Below are positions 1 through 9,071 of a stretch of 27,439 bases of DNA, in pieces. The notes beneath the pieces are model-generated. The model saw nothing but the letters and a program-made list of their open reading frames with translations, did no database searches and was not told the DNA's origin. A program made the translations under genes and the position numbers. Source of the DNA: Deltaproteobacteria bacterium (GTDB lineage Bacteria; Myxococcota_A; UBA9160; SMWR01). Every line of letters begins with the position of its first letter. The stretch's first letter is position 1. Location: NCBI GenBank assembly GCA_032128115.1, contig JAQBHB010000011.1, positions 1 to 27,439 of the forward strand. Direction: 5' to 3'.

Positions 1-699
1 TGGCGCATGCGGCTCAACCTGGCGCAGGCATTGATGTGCCGTTCCGACATGTTATTGCTGGATGAGCCCACCAACCACCTGGACGTGAGTGCGCGCGAGG
101 TGTTGGAGGACGCCCTCGGCGACTATACCGGGACGCTGCTCTTCATCTCCCACGACCGGACCCTGATCAATGCCCTGGCCACCCGGATCGTCGAGGTGCG
201 CGCGGGTGGCCTGCGCGCCTTCCACGGCAACTACGACGACTACCTGCGCGCGCTGAGCGAACCCCGGGTCAACGATCCGGAGTCGGACCCGGGGCCTGCG
301 CCCGTTGCGGTGGAGACGCCCACGCCAGCAGCGCCGACCCCGCGCCCCGTTTCGAAGGTCGGACCCGTGTCGAAGGTCGGACGCGTGTCGAAGGTCGGAC
401 GCGTTTCGAAGGGCGAGCGGGTGGCGGCGCGGGAGGAGGCGAAGCAGCGCAAGCGCTGGCTTTCGAAGGCGCGCAAGCGCATGACGAGCCTCGAGGAGGA
501 GATCCGGTCGCGAGAGGAGACGCTCGCGGCCCTGGGCTGGCGCCTGGGGGATCCGGAGCTCTACCGGGATGGAGAGGCAGTGCGCGGGCTCGAGGCGCAG
601 CGCGGCGAGGTTCGCGAATCGCTCGACGCGCTGTACCGCGACTGGGAGCGCGTGGCGGCCGAGATCGAGTCGGCGGAGCAGGTGGCCGACTTGCCCTAG
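1..699 (+). CDS. ABC-F family ATP-binding protein, C-terminal part (5' truncated; first ~85 nt possibly chimeric)
   Basis: Frame is open from base 1. Walker B/D-loop LLLDEPTNHLD, H-loop ISHDR and FHGNYDDY are followed by a Pro-rich linker and a coiled-coil tail (LEEEI...LGDPELY...LYRDWE) typical of Uup/YheS-type C-termini. Confidence 0.9.
   Translation, partial: WRMRLNLAQALMCRSDMLLLDEPTNHLDVSAREVLEDALGDYTGTLLFISHDRTLINALATRIVEVRAGGLRAFHGNYDDYLRALSEPRVNDPESDPGPAPVAVETPTPAAPTPRPVSKVGPVSKVGRVSKVGRVSKGERVAAREEAKQRKRWLSKARKRMTSLEEEIRSREETLAALGWRLGDPELYRDGEAVRGLEAQRGEVRESLDALYRDWERVAAEIESAEQVADLP
349..420 (+). repeat. In-frame 18-nt tandem repeat, 4 imperfect copies (VSKVGP-VSKVGR-VSKVGR-VSKGER)
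   Basis: Units gtttcgaaggtcggaccc / gtgtcgaaggtcggacgc / gtgtcgaaggtcggacgc / gtttcgaagggcgagcgg read directly. Confidence 0.95.
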
Positions 700-744
700 G
701 ATGATCGTACCCCGCCGCAGCGGGGCACGATCCAAGGAGCCCCC

Positions 745-1521
745 ATGCCCGAGTTCTGCCACGTGGAGCGCGACGGACGCATCCTCACGGTGACCCTGAA
801 TCGCCCGGAGCTGATGAACGCCCTGCATCCGCCCGCCAATTTCGAACTCGAAAAGGTCTTCGACGAGTTCGTCGCCGACCCGGATCTCTGGGTGGCGATC
901 GTCACCGGCGCCGGCGACCGGGCCTTCTGCGCCGGAAACGACCTCAAGTTCCAGGCGGCCCGCGGAGGCGGCGTGGACGTGGCGCCCACCGGATTCGCCG
1001 GTCTCACCTCGCGCTTCGACAACCCGAAGCCTGTGATCGCAGCAGTGAACGGCGTGGCCATGGGCGGTGGCTTCGAGATCGCGTTGGCGTGCGACCTGAT
1101 CATTGCCTCGGAGACGGCCCTTTTTGCCCTGCCCGAGCCCCGGGTGGGCCTCGCGGCACTGGCCGGCGGCATGCACCGCCTTCCTCGCCAGATCCCGCTC
1201 AAGCACGCCATGGGGATGCTCCTCACCGGCCGTCGTGTCTCGGCCGCCGAGGGACATCGGCTGGGGTTCGTGAACGAGGTGGTGGCGCCGGGCGAGCTCA
1301 TGGCCGCGGCTCGACGCTGGGCGGATCAGATCGTCGAGTGTGCGCCCCTGAGTGTGCGCGCCTCGAAGGTCTGCGCCCTGGACGGACTCGACAAGGGCGG
1401 TCTCCAGCAGGCGATGAATGCCCGTTACGACCCGATCCGCGACATGGTGAAGAGTCAGGACTTCATCGAGGGACCGCGCGCCTTCGCCGAGAAGCGCAAG
1501 CCCGATTGGACCGGGAGGTAG
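745..1521 (+). CDS. Enoyl-CoA hydratase/isomerase (crotonase family, CaiD-like)
   Basis: 258 aa. Motifs LNRPELMNAL, AFCAGNDLK, PVIAAVNGVAMGGGFEIALACD and FALPEPRVG (both catalytic Glu present), with AFAEKRKPDW at the end. AAGGAG at 734-739. Confidence 0.95.
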   Translation: MPEFCHVERDGRILTVTLNRPELMNALHPPANFELEKVFDEFVADPDLWVAIVTGAGDRAFCAGNDLKFQAARGGGVDVAPTGFAGLTSRFDNPKPVIAAVNGVAMGGGFEIALACDLIIASETALFALPEPRVGLAALAGGMHRLPRQIPLKHAMGMLLTGRRVSAAEGHRLGFVNEVVAPGELMAAARRWADQIVECAPLSVRASKVCALDGLDKGGLQQAMNARYDPIRDMVKSQDFIEGPRAFAEKRKPDWTGR

Positions 1522-1570
1522 AGGGGGCACCGCGAGGGCGGGCCCGCCGACTCTCCAGCCTGCGTGAAAC

Positions 1571-3853
1571 ATGAAGCCCGATGACGCTCGAGGGTTCCGG
1601 CGAGTCGGCGCGTGGCTCGCCGCCGCGGCGCTGCTGGTCTATGCCGGCTCGGCGGCGCTGGTTCCCCTGGACAACAACGACATCTGGATCCACCTGACCA
1701 CCGGGGGGCTCATCCTCGACGAAGGCCGCGTGCCCACCACCGACGTGTACTCCTTCACGGCGGCAGGGAATCGCTACGTGGCCCACGAGTGGTTGGCGGC
1801 CCTCTACTACGCGACTGCCGAGCGCGTGTCGGGTCTCACCGGAGTGGAGGTGGCCGCCAAGTGGCTGCCGGCCCTGGCGCTGGCGCTGCTGCTCGGCATC
1901 GCCGTTCTGGCCACCGGTGCGCCGCCGGGACTCTCACTCCCGGTCTCGTTGCTGACCTTCACCGTGCTGCGAGGCCGTGTGCTGGCGCGCCCGGAGCTGC
2001 TGGTCCTGCCGTTGCCCGTGTCCATGCTGTGGCTGTTGTGGCGGGATCGCGAGTCGGCGCGTGCCGGGCATCGCACCCGCGCGATCTACTGGCTGATGCC
2101 CGGGGAGATGCTGTGGGCCAATCTGCACGGCTCTTTTCCATTGGGCATCGTGCTGGTGGTTCTGTTCGCATTCGCCGAGGCAGCCGATACCTGGCTCCCG
2201 GGTCGCGACTCGCGGGCCCGTTGGCTTCGGGGTCTGGGCATGATCGGCGGCGTCGTTTTCGCCGCGTGGCTCGCCAGCCTGACGCCCGTGGCCTTCGCGC
2301 TGCCCGCCGCCGCCGCCGTGATGACGGCGGCGCTCCTGTTCGCGTGGCCAGGCGGGGACGGCTGGTTCCGTGAAACGAGCCCCACCGGGTCCCAGGGCGT
2401 TCTTCGCTTGTTGGCGCTGGCCGCCGGCATGACCGCGTCGGTGATGCTCAATCCCCTGGGCCCCGAAATCTACGCGTTTCCCTTCGAGTTCACTGCCACC
2501 CAGAACGTCATCACCGACGCGATCAACGAATGGCAGCCCCTGTTCGACAACGACAACCTGGGGAACTCATTACAGCTCGTGGTGTACTGCTCGTTCGTGG
2601 CTCTGTGGTGGGCGACGCTGGCATTGGGGGCCTGGCGCGGGCGCCTGGGCCGTCTGGAAGTGGCCGTGTTCTTCGCCTTCGCGATGCTACCGCTGCGTCA
2701 CCTGCGCTGGATCGCGCTATTCGCCCTGGTGACGACTCCGGCCCTGGTGTCGCTCCTGGCCCACGCGCGCGAGTCCGCGGCCGGGGACGTACGTGGCGCG
2801 CGGCGTGTGGCGGGCGTGGCGCTTGGCGCCGCCTCTTTGGCAAGTCTCGCCGTGGCCGCCAGCTTCGTCTTTACGTTCCCGCCTGACCCCTGGCTCCGGG
2901 TCATCTGGATGTTGGCCACTGCGACGGCCGGCGTGGCCTGGCTCGCGGCCCTGCGGCCCCGGCTCCCGCTGTGGGTCGGGACCGCGGCGGCAGGCATTGC
3001 CGCCTGCCTGTTGCTGGCCATTGCCGCAGGGCCTGGGATCCCCGAAATGGCCGGCGTGCCGGCGCGCGCGTGGTCGGGATCGGGAACCGGCATGGGGTTC
3101 GGGCCGTCGCGGCAGGCTGCGCCGGCCACGGACTTCCTGCGCGAGCGGGGGGTCGAAGGTCGCCTGCTCACCGAGTACGAGTGGGCGGGCTACGCCATCC
3201 ACGAACTCTGGCCGCAGGTGACCGTTTTCATCGATTCGCGCAGCGAAGTGTACGGCGAGTCGCTGCTGCGGGATTTTCAGCTTCTCAAGAACAACGAAGA
3301 CAGGGCCCGGAAGGCGCTTGCGGAATACGGCGTGGATCTGGTGCTGTTGCGCAAGCGCCCGTATCCCGCCGTCAACGTGCACAACCTGGGGTTGTTGGCG
3401 GCCCTGTCGGATGATCCCGACTGGGGCATGGTCTTCGTGGACGACCAATCGGCCCTGTTCGCGCGCCGGCGCCCGGGCAGTGGGCTCCCCGAGCCCTTCC
3501 ATCGCTTCGAGCCGTATCGCTTCGACCCCGAGGATCCGGGACTCGCCGATCCAGCCGTTGCGGCCGAGATCCGCCAGGCGGTGGAGCGCGCGCCTCACTC
3601 GGCGTTCCTGCGCTTCGCGCTGGCGCGGTCGATGCAGCGCCAGGGTCGCGCCAACGACGCGTTCGGCGACCTCGAGGCGGGCTGGGCCGCGAATCCCCAC
3701 TACCCGGCGCTGGCGCAGCTCGCCGGCGAGATCGAGCTGGCCGGCGGCCGCCCCGAGTCGGCGCGGATCTGGTTCGAGCGCGCGCTGGCCCTGACGCCGG
3801 GCTGGGAGCGGGCGCGCGAGGCGCTGCGGCACCTGGATGCGAACCCCCGGTGA
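1571..3853 (+). CDS. Polytopic membrane protein, probable GT-C-fold glycosyltransferase with C-terminal TPR-like helices
   Basis: 760 aa with many hydrophobic segments. Acidic motif DNNDIWIHL follows TM1, then HEWL, ARPEL, WANLHGSF, INEWQP and a soluble domain (EYEWAGY...FIDSRSEVYG). The last ~90 aa show a TPR pattern (AVERAP, GWAANP, FERALALTP). Function is inferred. Confidence 0.65.
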   Translation: MKPDDARGFRRVGAWLAAAALLVYAGSAALVPLDNNDIWIHLTTGGLILDEGRVPTTDVYSFTAAGNRYVAHEWLAALYYATAERVSGLTGVEVAAKWLPALALALLLGIAVLATGAPPGLSLPVSLLTFTVLRGRVLARPELLVLPLPVSMLWLLWRDRESARAGHRTRAIYWLMPGEMLWANLHGSFPLGIVLVVLFAFAEAADTWLPGRDSRARWLRGLGMIGGVVFAAWLASLTPVAFALPAAAAVMTAALLFAWPGGDGWFRETSPTGSQGVLRLLALAAGMTASVMLNPLGPEIYAFPFEFTATQNVITDAINEWQPLFDNDNLGNSLQLVVYCSFVALWWATLALGAWRGRLGRLEVAVFFAFAMLPLRHLRWIALFALVTTPALVSLLAHARESAAGDVRGARRVAGVALGAASLASLAVAASFVFTFPPDPWLRVIWMLATATAGVAWLAALRPRLPLWVGTAAAGIAACLLLAIAAGPGIPEMAGVPARAWSGSGTGMGFGPSRQAAPATDFLRERGVEGRLLTEYEWAGYAIHELWPQVTVFIDSRSEVYGESLLRDFQLLKNNEDRARKALAEYGVDLVLLRKRPYPAVNVHNLGLLAALSDDPDWGMVFVDDQSALFARRRPGSGLPEPFHRFEPYRFDPEDPGLADPAVAAEIRQAVERAPHSAFLRFALARSMQRQGRANDAFGDLEAGWAANPHYPALAQLAGEIELAGGRPESARIWFERALALTPGWERAREALRHLDANPR

Positions 3854-5967
3854 GGGGCGTCGTGGCTCCCCGGATCCCGGTGGCGCTGGCCGTCTTCTGG
3901 CCGTTCCAGAGTCTGGCGCGCCTGTGGCTGGTGGGGTCTGCTGGCGACGTGGGATTTCCGGGTGCCGTCGGCGTGTTGCTGGCCGGCTTCCTGCGAGACG
4001 GCCTGCTCGTCGCCTCGCTGTGGCTTCCGCTCCAGATCCTGGGGATCGCATTCGGGGAGCGAACCGACCGCGGTCGCGCCGGGCGGATTGCCGCCTGGGG
4101 TGTGTGTGGCGTGTTGGCGCTGGTGCTGGCGGCTCTCTTCGGTGACGCGGAATTCGTGCGCTACGTGGGCGCTCACCCGACGCTTGCGCACCTGGCGCTG
4201 GTGGGAGACGGGGCGGGCATCCGTTCGTCGGTGGTGCACTCGTTGGCGCCACTGGCCGTCGCCATGGGCTTGGCTCCGGTCGCTTATCTGGTTGCGTTGA
4301 CGCAGCTGCCGCTAGCGGGCATCGGCCGTTTGCTGTCGGGCGTCCGGGGCGTCGCGATTTCGCTGTGTCTGATTGCGGCAGGCCTTTGCGCGTCGCAGAT
4401 TCCGTTGCCCGACGCCGTTGCGCCTGCGGTTGCCGAGAATGTCTGGGTGGCGCTGGTGCGGAGCGCATTCGGCGGCGACGCCCTTCATCGCGGCCGCGAC
4501 GGGGTCCTGCCCGAACTCCTGGATGCCGCGCCGCTGTCCGATCCGCGTGTGGCGCCGCTGGATTGGACGTTCTTCGACCCGGCGTATCCGCTGGTGAAGG
4601 CCACCGATCACCACCGTTGCCGCCTGGGCTTGTTGGAAGATGCCACCTGCCAGCGCGATGAGGACGGCGACGGCACCCCGCTGGCACGTGATTGCAACGA
4701 CCGGGAGGCTGCGATCCATCCCGGTGCGTGGGACGTTCCGCGCAACGGGATCGACGAGGACTGCTCGGGCCTCGACGCGGAGCCTCCCAACGTGATCTTC
4801 CTGCACTGGGAGGGCGTGCGGGCCGTCAACGTGGGCCGCCTGGGCTACGCCACCCCGGCCACCCCCCGCTTCGATCGCATCAGCGAGGGCGGCCGGCTCT
4901 TCGGCAACACCTACGCCAACGGAACCCAGACCCGCTGGTCGCTCATCTCGATCTACTGCTCGACCCTGCCGCGTCTCTCGGAACGCTGGATCTTCAAGCA
5001 CGATCCGGATCTGAACCTCTTGTGTCTTCCCGAGATCCTGAAGCGGCGCGGTTACCACAACCTCTACGTGCACGGCGGCCTGATCGGCTTCGCAGGCAAG
5101 GGGCCGCGCATGCAGCGCTGGTTCGAAACGCGCTTCGACCGGCTCACAGAGCCGATCCGTTCCATGCCCCAGTTCAACTGGGGCGCTCGCGACCGGGACG
5201 TGCTCGACTTTGCACTCGAGATGCTGCGGAGCCGCGACGATCCGCGCCCGTTCTTCCTTGCGCTTCCCACCCTGGCCGTGCACCACCCGTTCGGACTTCC
5301 GGAGCCGGGCTTCGCGGACGGCCCCCACGGAGATCGGCGCCATCAGATCGCCAACGTGATCCGCTACAGCGACGACGCACTCGCCGACTTCCTCGAGGAA
5401 CTCCTGGGCGATCCGCGCTTCGAGAACACCCTCGTACTGGTGGCCAGCGATCACGGCGTCAACTGGTTCGCTCCCCACCCGGAGGGCCGGCAGAGCGTGC
5501 TGTGGGAGGACCTGGTCTGGGTACCCCTGGCACTCCTGGGAGACGCCTGGAACGTGGAGCCGGGGATCGATTTCCAGATTCGCCAACTCGCCGACATCGC
5601 GCCCACGGTGCTCGACCGTCTGGGCATCGAGATCCCCAATCCCTTCCTGGGGCACTCGCTGCTGCGTCGATTCGAGGACCGCGATTCCCGGGCCTTCTTC
5701 GCCACGGCCAACGGCGGACGCTCGGCGGGTGTCCGGATCGGCCCCACCAAGTTCTGGGAACATCTCGACTCGTCGCGCCAGTGGCTCTTCGACCTGGAGA
5801 CCGATCGACCCGAGCGCTCGAATCGGGCCCTCGCCGCGGATCAGGCCGAGACGCTGGCGGCGCTGAGTCGGCTGGTGCGGGACGTCTACGGCATGAACGA
5901 ACGCCTGATCGACGAGAATCGCGTCTGGAACCCGGCGTACGAGCTGGACGGGGAGGCCCGACGGTGA
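3850..5967 (+). CDS. LtaS/sulfatase-family membrane-anchored enzyme with inserted Cys/Asp-rich putative metal-binding motif
   Basis: About 5 N-terminal TM segments, then PNVIFLHWEG (Glu metal ligand), NGTQTRWS (Thr at nucleophile position), LAVHHPF, ENTLVLVASDHG and DIAPTVLD. GTGA overlap with the upstream stop. Confidence 0.8.
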   Translation: MRGVVAPRIPVALAVFWPFQSLARLWLVGSAGDVGFPGAVGVLLAGFLRDGLLVASLWLPLQILGIAFGERTDRGRAGRIAAWGVCGVLALVLAALFGDAEFVRYVGAHPTLAHLALVGDGAGIRSSVVHSLAPLAVAMGLAPVAYLVALTQLPLAGIGRLLSGVRGVAISLCLIAAGLCASQIPLPDAVAPAVAENVWVALVRSAFGGDALHRGRDGVLPELLDAAPLSDPRVAPLDWTFFDPAYPLVKATDHHRCRLGLLEDATCQRDEDGDGTPLARDCNDREAAIHPGAWDVPRNGIDEDCSGLDAEPPNVIFLHWEGVRAVNVGRLGYATPATPRFDRISEGGRLFGNTYANGTQTRWSLISIYCSTLPRLSERWIFKHDPDLNLLCLPEILKRRGYHNLYVHGGLIGFAGKGPRMQRWFETRFDRLTEPIRSMPQFNWGARDRDVLDFALEMLRSRDDPRPFFLALPTLAVHHPFGLPEPGFADGPHGDRRHQIANVIRYSDDALADFLEELLGDPRFENTLVLVASDHGVNWFAPHPEGRQSVLWEDLVWVPLALLGDAWNVEPGIDFQIRQLADIAPTVLDRLGIEIPNPFLGHSLLRRFEDRDSRAFFATANGGRSAGVRIGPTKFWEHLDSSRQWLFDLETDRPERSNRALAADQAETLAALSRLVRDVYGMNERLIDENRVWNPAYELDGEARR

Positions 5968-7394
5968 GCGTTCGACTCTTACTGGTGGCCCTGATCCTGG
6001 TGACCCTGATGCTGGGCGGGTGGGTCGGATGCGCCGCGCCAGAGGATCCGCGGCCGGATGTCTGGTTGGTGACGGTGGATACGCTTCGCGCCGACCGCCT
6101 GGGCTTTGCCGGGGACCCGCATGCCACCACGCCCCACCTGGACCGTCTGGCCCGGGAGGGCGCCGTTTTCGAGGACGCTCACACTCCGATCCCGCGCACG
6201 ACCCAGGCCCTGGCGTCGCTCTTCACGTCTCGTCATTCCCGCGATCACGGGGTGGTGCGGCTGGGAGATCGGCTTCCCGATACCGCACTTCCACTGGCCG
6301 AGCGGCTGCGCGCCCGCGGGTACTGGACCGCTGGCGTCAGCGCCAATGGCGTGGCCGGTCGCGATCAGGGACTCGACCGCGGCTTCCAGGTCTTCACCGA
6401 CAGCGGAGAGCTCAACGAGAGCTACGACCTCAAGCGCCGGGGTCTGCACGGCACGACCCCGCGCATGGGCACCGCCGAGGCGACGACCCGCGAGGCGTTG
6501 CGACTGCTTGGCACTAGCCCGTCCGGCACGCCCCGCATGCTCTGGGTGCACTACATGGATCCCCACTTCATGTACGACCCGCCGGCGCCGTACAACCAGG
6601 TGGTGGACTGGCGCCGATTCACCTTCTACCAGGATCGCGCCCGACACAAGCCCGTGCAGGCGTCCACCTTCTACGATCACCACGGTCTGTCGTCGCGCTT
6701 CCTGGACGATCTGAAGAAGCTCTACGATGCGGAGATCACCTACACCGATTTCTGGATCGGCAGCCTTCTGGACGCGATGGATCGCGACACGTTGGTGGTG
6801 TTCACGGCCGACCACGGCGAGAGCCTGGGAGAGCACGGCTACTACTTCGAACACGGGGACTTCGTCTACCAGGCCTCGCTCGCGATTCCCCTGGTCTGGT
6901 GGTGGCCCGGACGCATCGCCCATGGCGCCCGCTTCGTCCAGCCGGTGTCGTCTTTGGACGTACTGCCCACGCTGCTCGGGCTCCTGGATCTGCCGGCCGC
7001 GGACGCGGACGACTTCGCCGGCGCGGATCTCTCCCTCGCCCTGGTCTCCGGCGAAGAAGACTCCGGGGGCGAGCGCAGCCAATTCGGAGAGAGCGGCGAT
7101 GCCCTGCTCGACGGCAATCCCCTGCGCGCCAGGGGCTCGGAGCGCTGGACCACCCTGCGCCGCGGACGCTGGAAGCTGATCCGGATTCCGGAGGCCGCGG
7201 GTGCGAGATTCGAGCTCTATGACCTGGCGTCGGACCCGGGGGAGACGGACGACCGGGCGGCGGCCGAGCCGGCGCGGCTGCAGGCCATGGCGCGGGACCT
7301 GGATACCTGGCGGGAATCCGGACCCCGCGAGTCCTCCTCGCCCCTGGCTCCCAACCTGGAAGCCGAGCTTCGCCGGCTGGGTTATGTGGAATAG
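5964..7394 (+). CDS. Sulfatase-like hydrolase/transferase, predicted lipoprotein (476 aa)
   Basis: Likely start GTG 5964 (GTGA overlap), inside track ORF 4692..7394. Hydrophobic leader ends in WVGC. Motifs PDVWLVTVDTLRAD, WVHYMDPH, YDAEI, TADHGESLGEH, DVLPT and ELYDLASDPGE; ends ELRRLGYVE. Confidence 0.9.
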   Translation: MSVRLLLVALILVTLMLGGWVGCAAPEDPRPDVWLVTVDTLRADRLGFAGDPHATTPHLDRLAREGAVFEDAHTPIPRTTQALASLFTSRHSRDHGVVRLGDRLPDTALPLAERLRARGYWTAGVSANGVAGRDQGLDRGFQVFTDSGELNESYDLKRRGLHGTTPRMGTAEATTREALRLLGTSPSGTPRMLWVHYMDPHFMYDPPAPYNQVVDWRRFTFYQDRARHKPVQASTFYDHHGLSSRFLDDLKKLYDAEITYTDFWIGSLLDAMDRDTLVVFTADHGESLGEHGYYFEHGDFVYQASLAIPLVWWWPGRIAHGARFVQPVSSLDVLPTLLGLLDLPAADADDFAGADLSLALVSGEEDSGGERSQFGESGDALLDGNPLRARGSERWTTLRRGRWKLIRIPEAAGARFELYDLASDPGETDDRAAAEPARLQAMARDLDTWRESGPRESSSPLAPNLEAELRRLGYVE

Positions 7395-7400
7395 TCGGCG

Positions 7401-9032
7401 TCAGCCGGGAGGTGCCGCGGATCGCGGCGTTCCCTTCGGCCGAAGGAACAGGTGGCGAGGACCGCGTCCCCGCGGTTCGTAGTTTTCGTGCACCCAGCGC
7501 GCCACCTGGGGCGCGATCGACACGAGCCCCCGATCCGGCAGCTTGTCGAAATCTCGTTGGGGCCAGATCACGAGAGCGGGCGGTTTGCTTTGGAGCCGCT
7601 CGAGGAAATCGAGCTCCTCCGCCTCCGTGAGGAACGTGCCTGGCATCAGGATGTCCGAGTAGCCCGGTCCAACGCGATCGGCGAGCACGTGAAACAGCGG
7701 CTCGGAACTCATGTCGAGCACGATTTCGTCGGGCCGGGCCCAGCGCTGGATCGTCTTTATCTTTTTGGCCAGTCGTTCGGCGTTGCTTTTGTTCTCCAGG
7801 TAGATCTGCTCCGGGACGCCCAGGAGCGGGAAGCTTCCGGCGTTGGCCGGACCGAGCCGGCGATCGGAGCCGAGCAACCCGATCCAGAGCGAGAGTCCCA
7901 CCACGGCCACGGTCGCCTCGGCGTAGCGTCGCGTGGACGGCGCCGTGGGCCGACGCGACCACAGCAGGCGGAAGGTGCTCCACTGGGCGTGGGCCAGGAG
8001 CAGACAGATCGGCGGGATCGCCGACTCCAGGTGCCCGATGTCCGACCGCCCGAGGCTGCGCAGGAAGTAGACGCCGCCCCAGGTCACGAGGCACAGCAGG
8101 AATGCGGCGTCGAACGCGCGGCCCTGCCACCAGGCCCGGCCCCAACGGCTGAGGAGGGCGCCCGCATAGGCCAGGTAGAGGATCGAAAAGACCCGGAACT
8201 CGACCGCGGTGAACAGACGGCTGATGCCGTCCCGGGTCCACTCGTCGGGCGCCTCCAGGGGTGGAATGCTTTTGCTCTGCAGGCCGGTCATGATCACCGG
8301 GCGCACCACCGCCTCGGACCACAAGGTGTCGAGACCGACACCCTGGGCGAACCACGCCAGGACCGGGAGCACCACGATCGCGATCCCCGCGGCCAGCCAG
8401 GCCCAATCGCGCAGCCAGGTCCGCCAGGAGCGGTCGGCCGCCATGACGGCGACCCCCAGCGCGAATCCCGCCGCAAAGGCGGGTGTCAGCCGGAAGCACA
8501 CCGCCACCCCGATGCAGACGCCAGCCACCGCCATCCAGCGAGGGCTCCCGGTCCGGAGCCGCTGGGAGAACGCCAACAGGGCCAGCGCGCTCACGACCAG
8601 GTAGCGATACCCGAAATGGAAGTGGGCCAGATGAGAGTAGGGAGACGCCACGGCCAGCAATCCCGCGCCCAGCAGGGCGTACGGCGCGGGCATCACCCGG
8701 CGGCCCAGCAGGTAGACCACGAGACACAGCGCCACGTTGAATGCGGCGTAGAGGGTCCGCGTGGCCACGACCCCAGGCGGTCCCAGGCCGTAGCCGATCC
8801 AGGCCGAGAGCAGGTGGCCCGGGGGAAACACGAAGAACACGTTGTCGTAGAGCACGCCGCCGTGGTGGAGCTGCATGGCCGCGTACAGGGGCCAGCCTTC
8901 GTCGAGCAGGTTGAGGCCCCGGTGCAGGAACCGGGATTCGAACCAGACGCTCACCGCGAGCAATAGCAGCAGATGCCACCACGCGGGGTCGCCGCCTTGT
9001 CGTTCCGATGCAACCGCGCCGTCGACGTGCAC
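7401..9032 (-). CDS. GT-C-type (ArnT/PMT-like) membrane glycosyltransferase (~543 aa)
   Basis: Coherent part of track ORF 7401..10286. TM1 is followed by NLLDEGWPLY and GVLYDNVFFVFPPG, multiple TMs and a C-terminal soluble domain. Start GTG 9032 is the best guess. Confidence 0.7.
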   Translation of the reverse strand: MHVDGAVASERQGGDPAWWHLLLLLAVSVWFESRFLHRGLNLLDEGWPLYAAMQLHHGGVLYDNVFFVFPPGHLLSAWIGYGLGPPGVVATRTLYAAFNVALCLVVYLLGRRVMPAPYALLGAGLLAVASPYSHLAHFHFGYRYLVVSALALLAFSQRLRTGSPRWMAVAGVCIGVAVCFRLTPAFAAGFALGVAVMAADRSWRTWLRDWAWLAAGIAIVVLPVLAWFAQGVGLDTLWSEAVVRPVIMTGLQSKSIPPLEAPDEWTRDGISRLFTAVEFRVFSILYLAYAGALLSRWGRAWWQGRAFDAAFLLCLVTWGGVYFLRSLGRSDIGHLESAIPPICLLLAHAQWSTFRLLWSRRPTAPSTRRYAEATVAVVGLSLWIGLLGSDRRLGPANAGSFPLLGVPEQIYLENKSNAERLAKKIKTIQRWARPDEIVLDMSSEPLFHVLADRVGPGYSDILMPGTFLTEAEELDFLERLQSKPPALVIWPQRDFDKLPDRGLVSIAPQVARWVHENYEPRGRGPRHLFLRPKGTPRSAAPPG

Positions 9033-9071
9033 GAAGCCTGCAACGTTACCGGCCTGTGCTAATTTGCGCGA

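Noticed and set aside
1537..1548. Perfect palindrome GGCGGGCCCGCC in an intergenic gap
   Set aside because: All G/C, with no loop or U-tract; plausible by chance at this composition.
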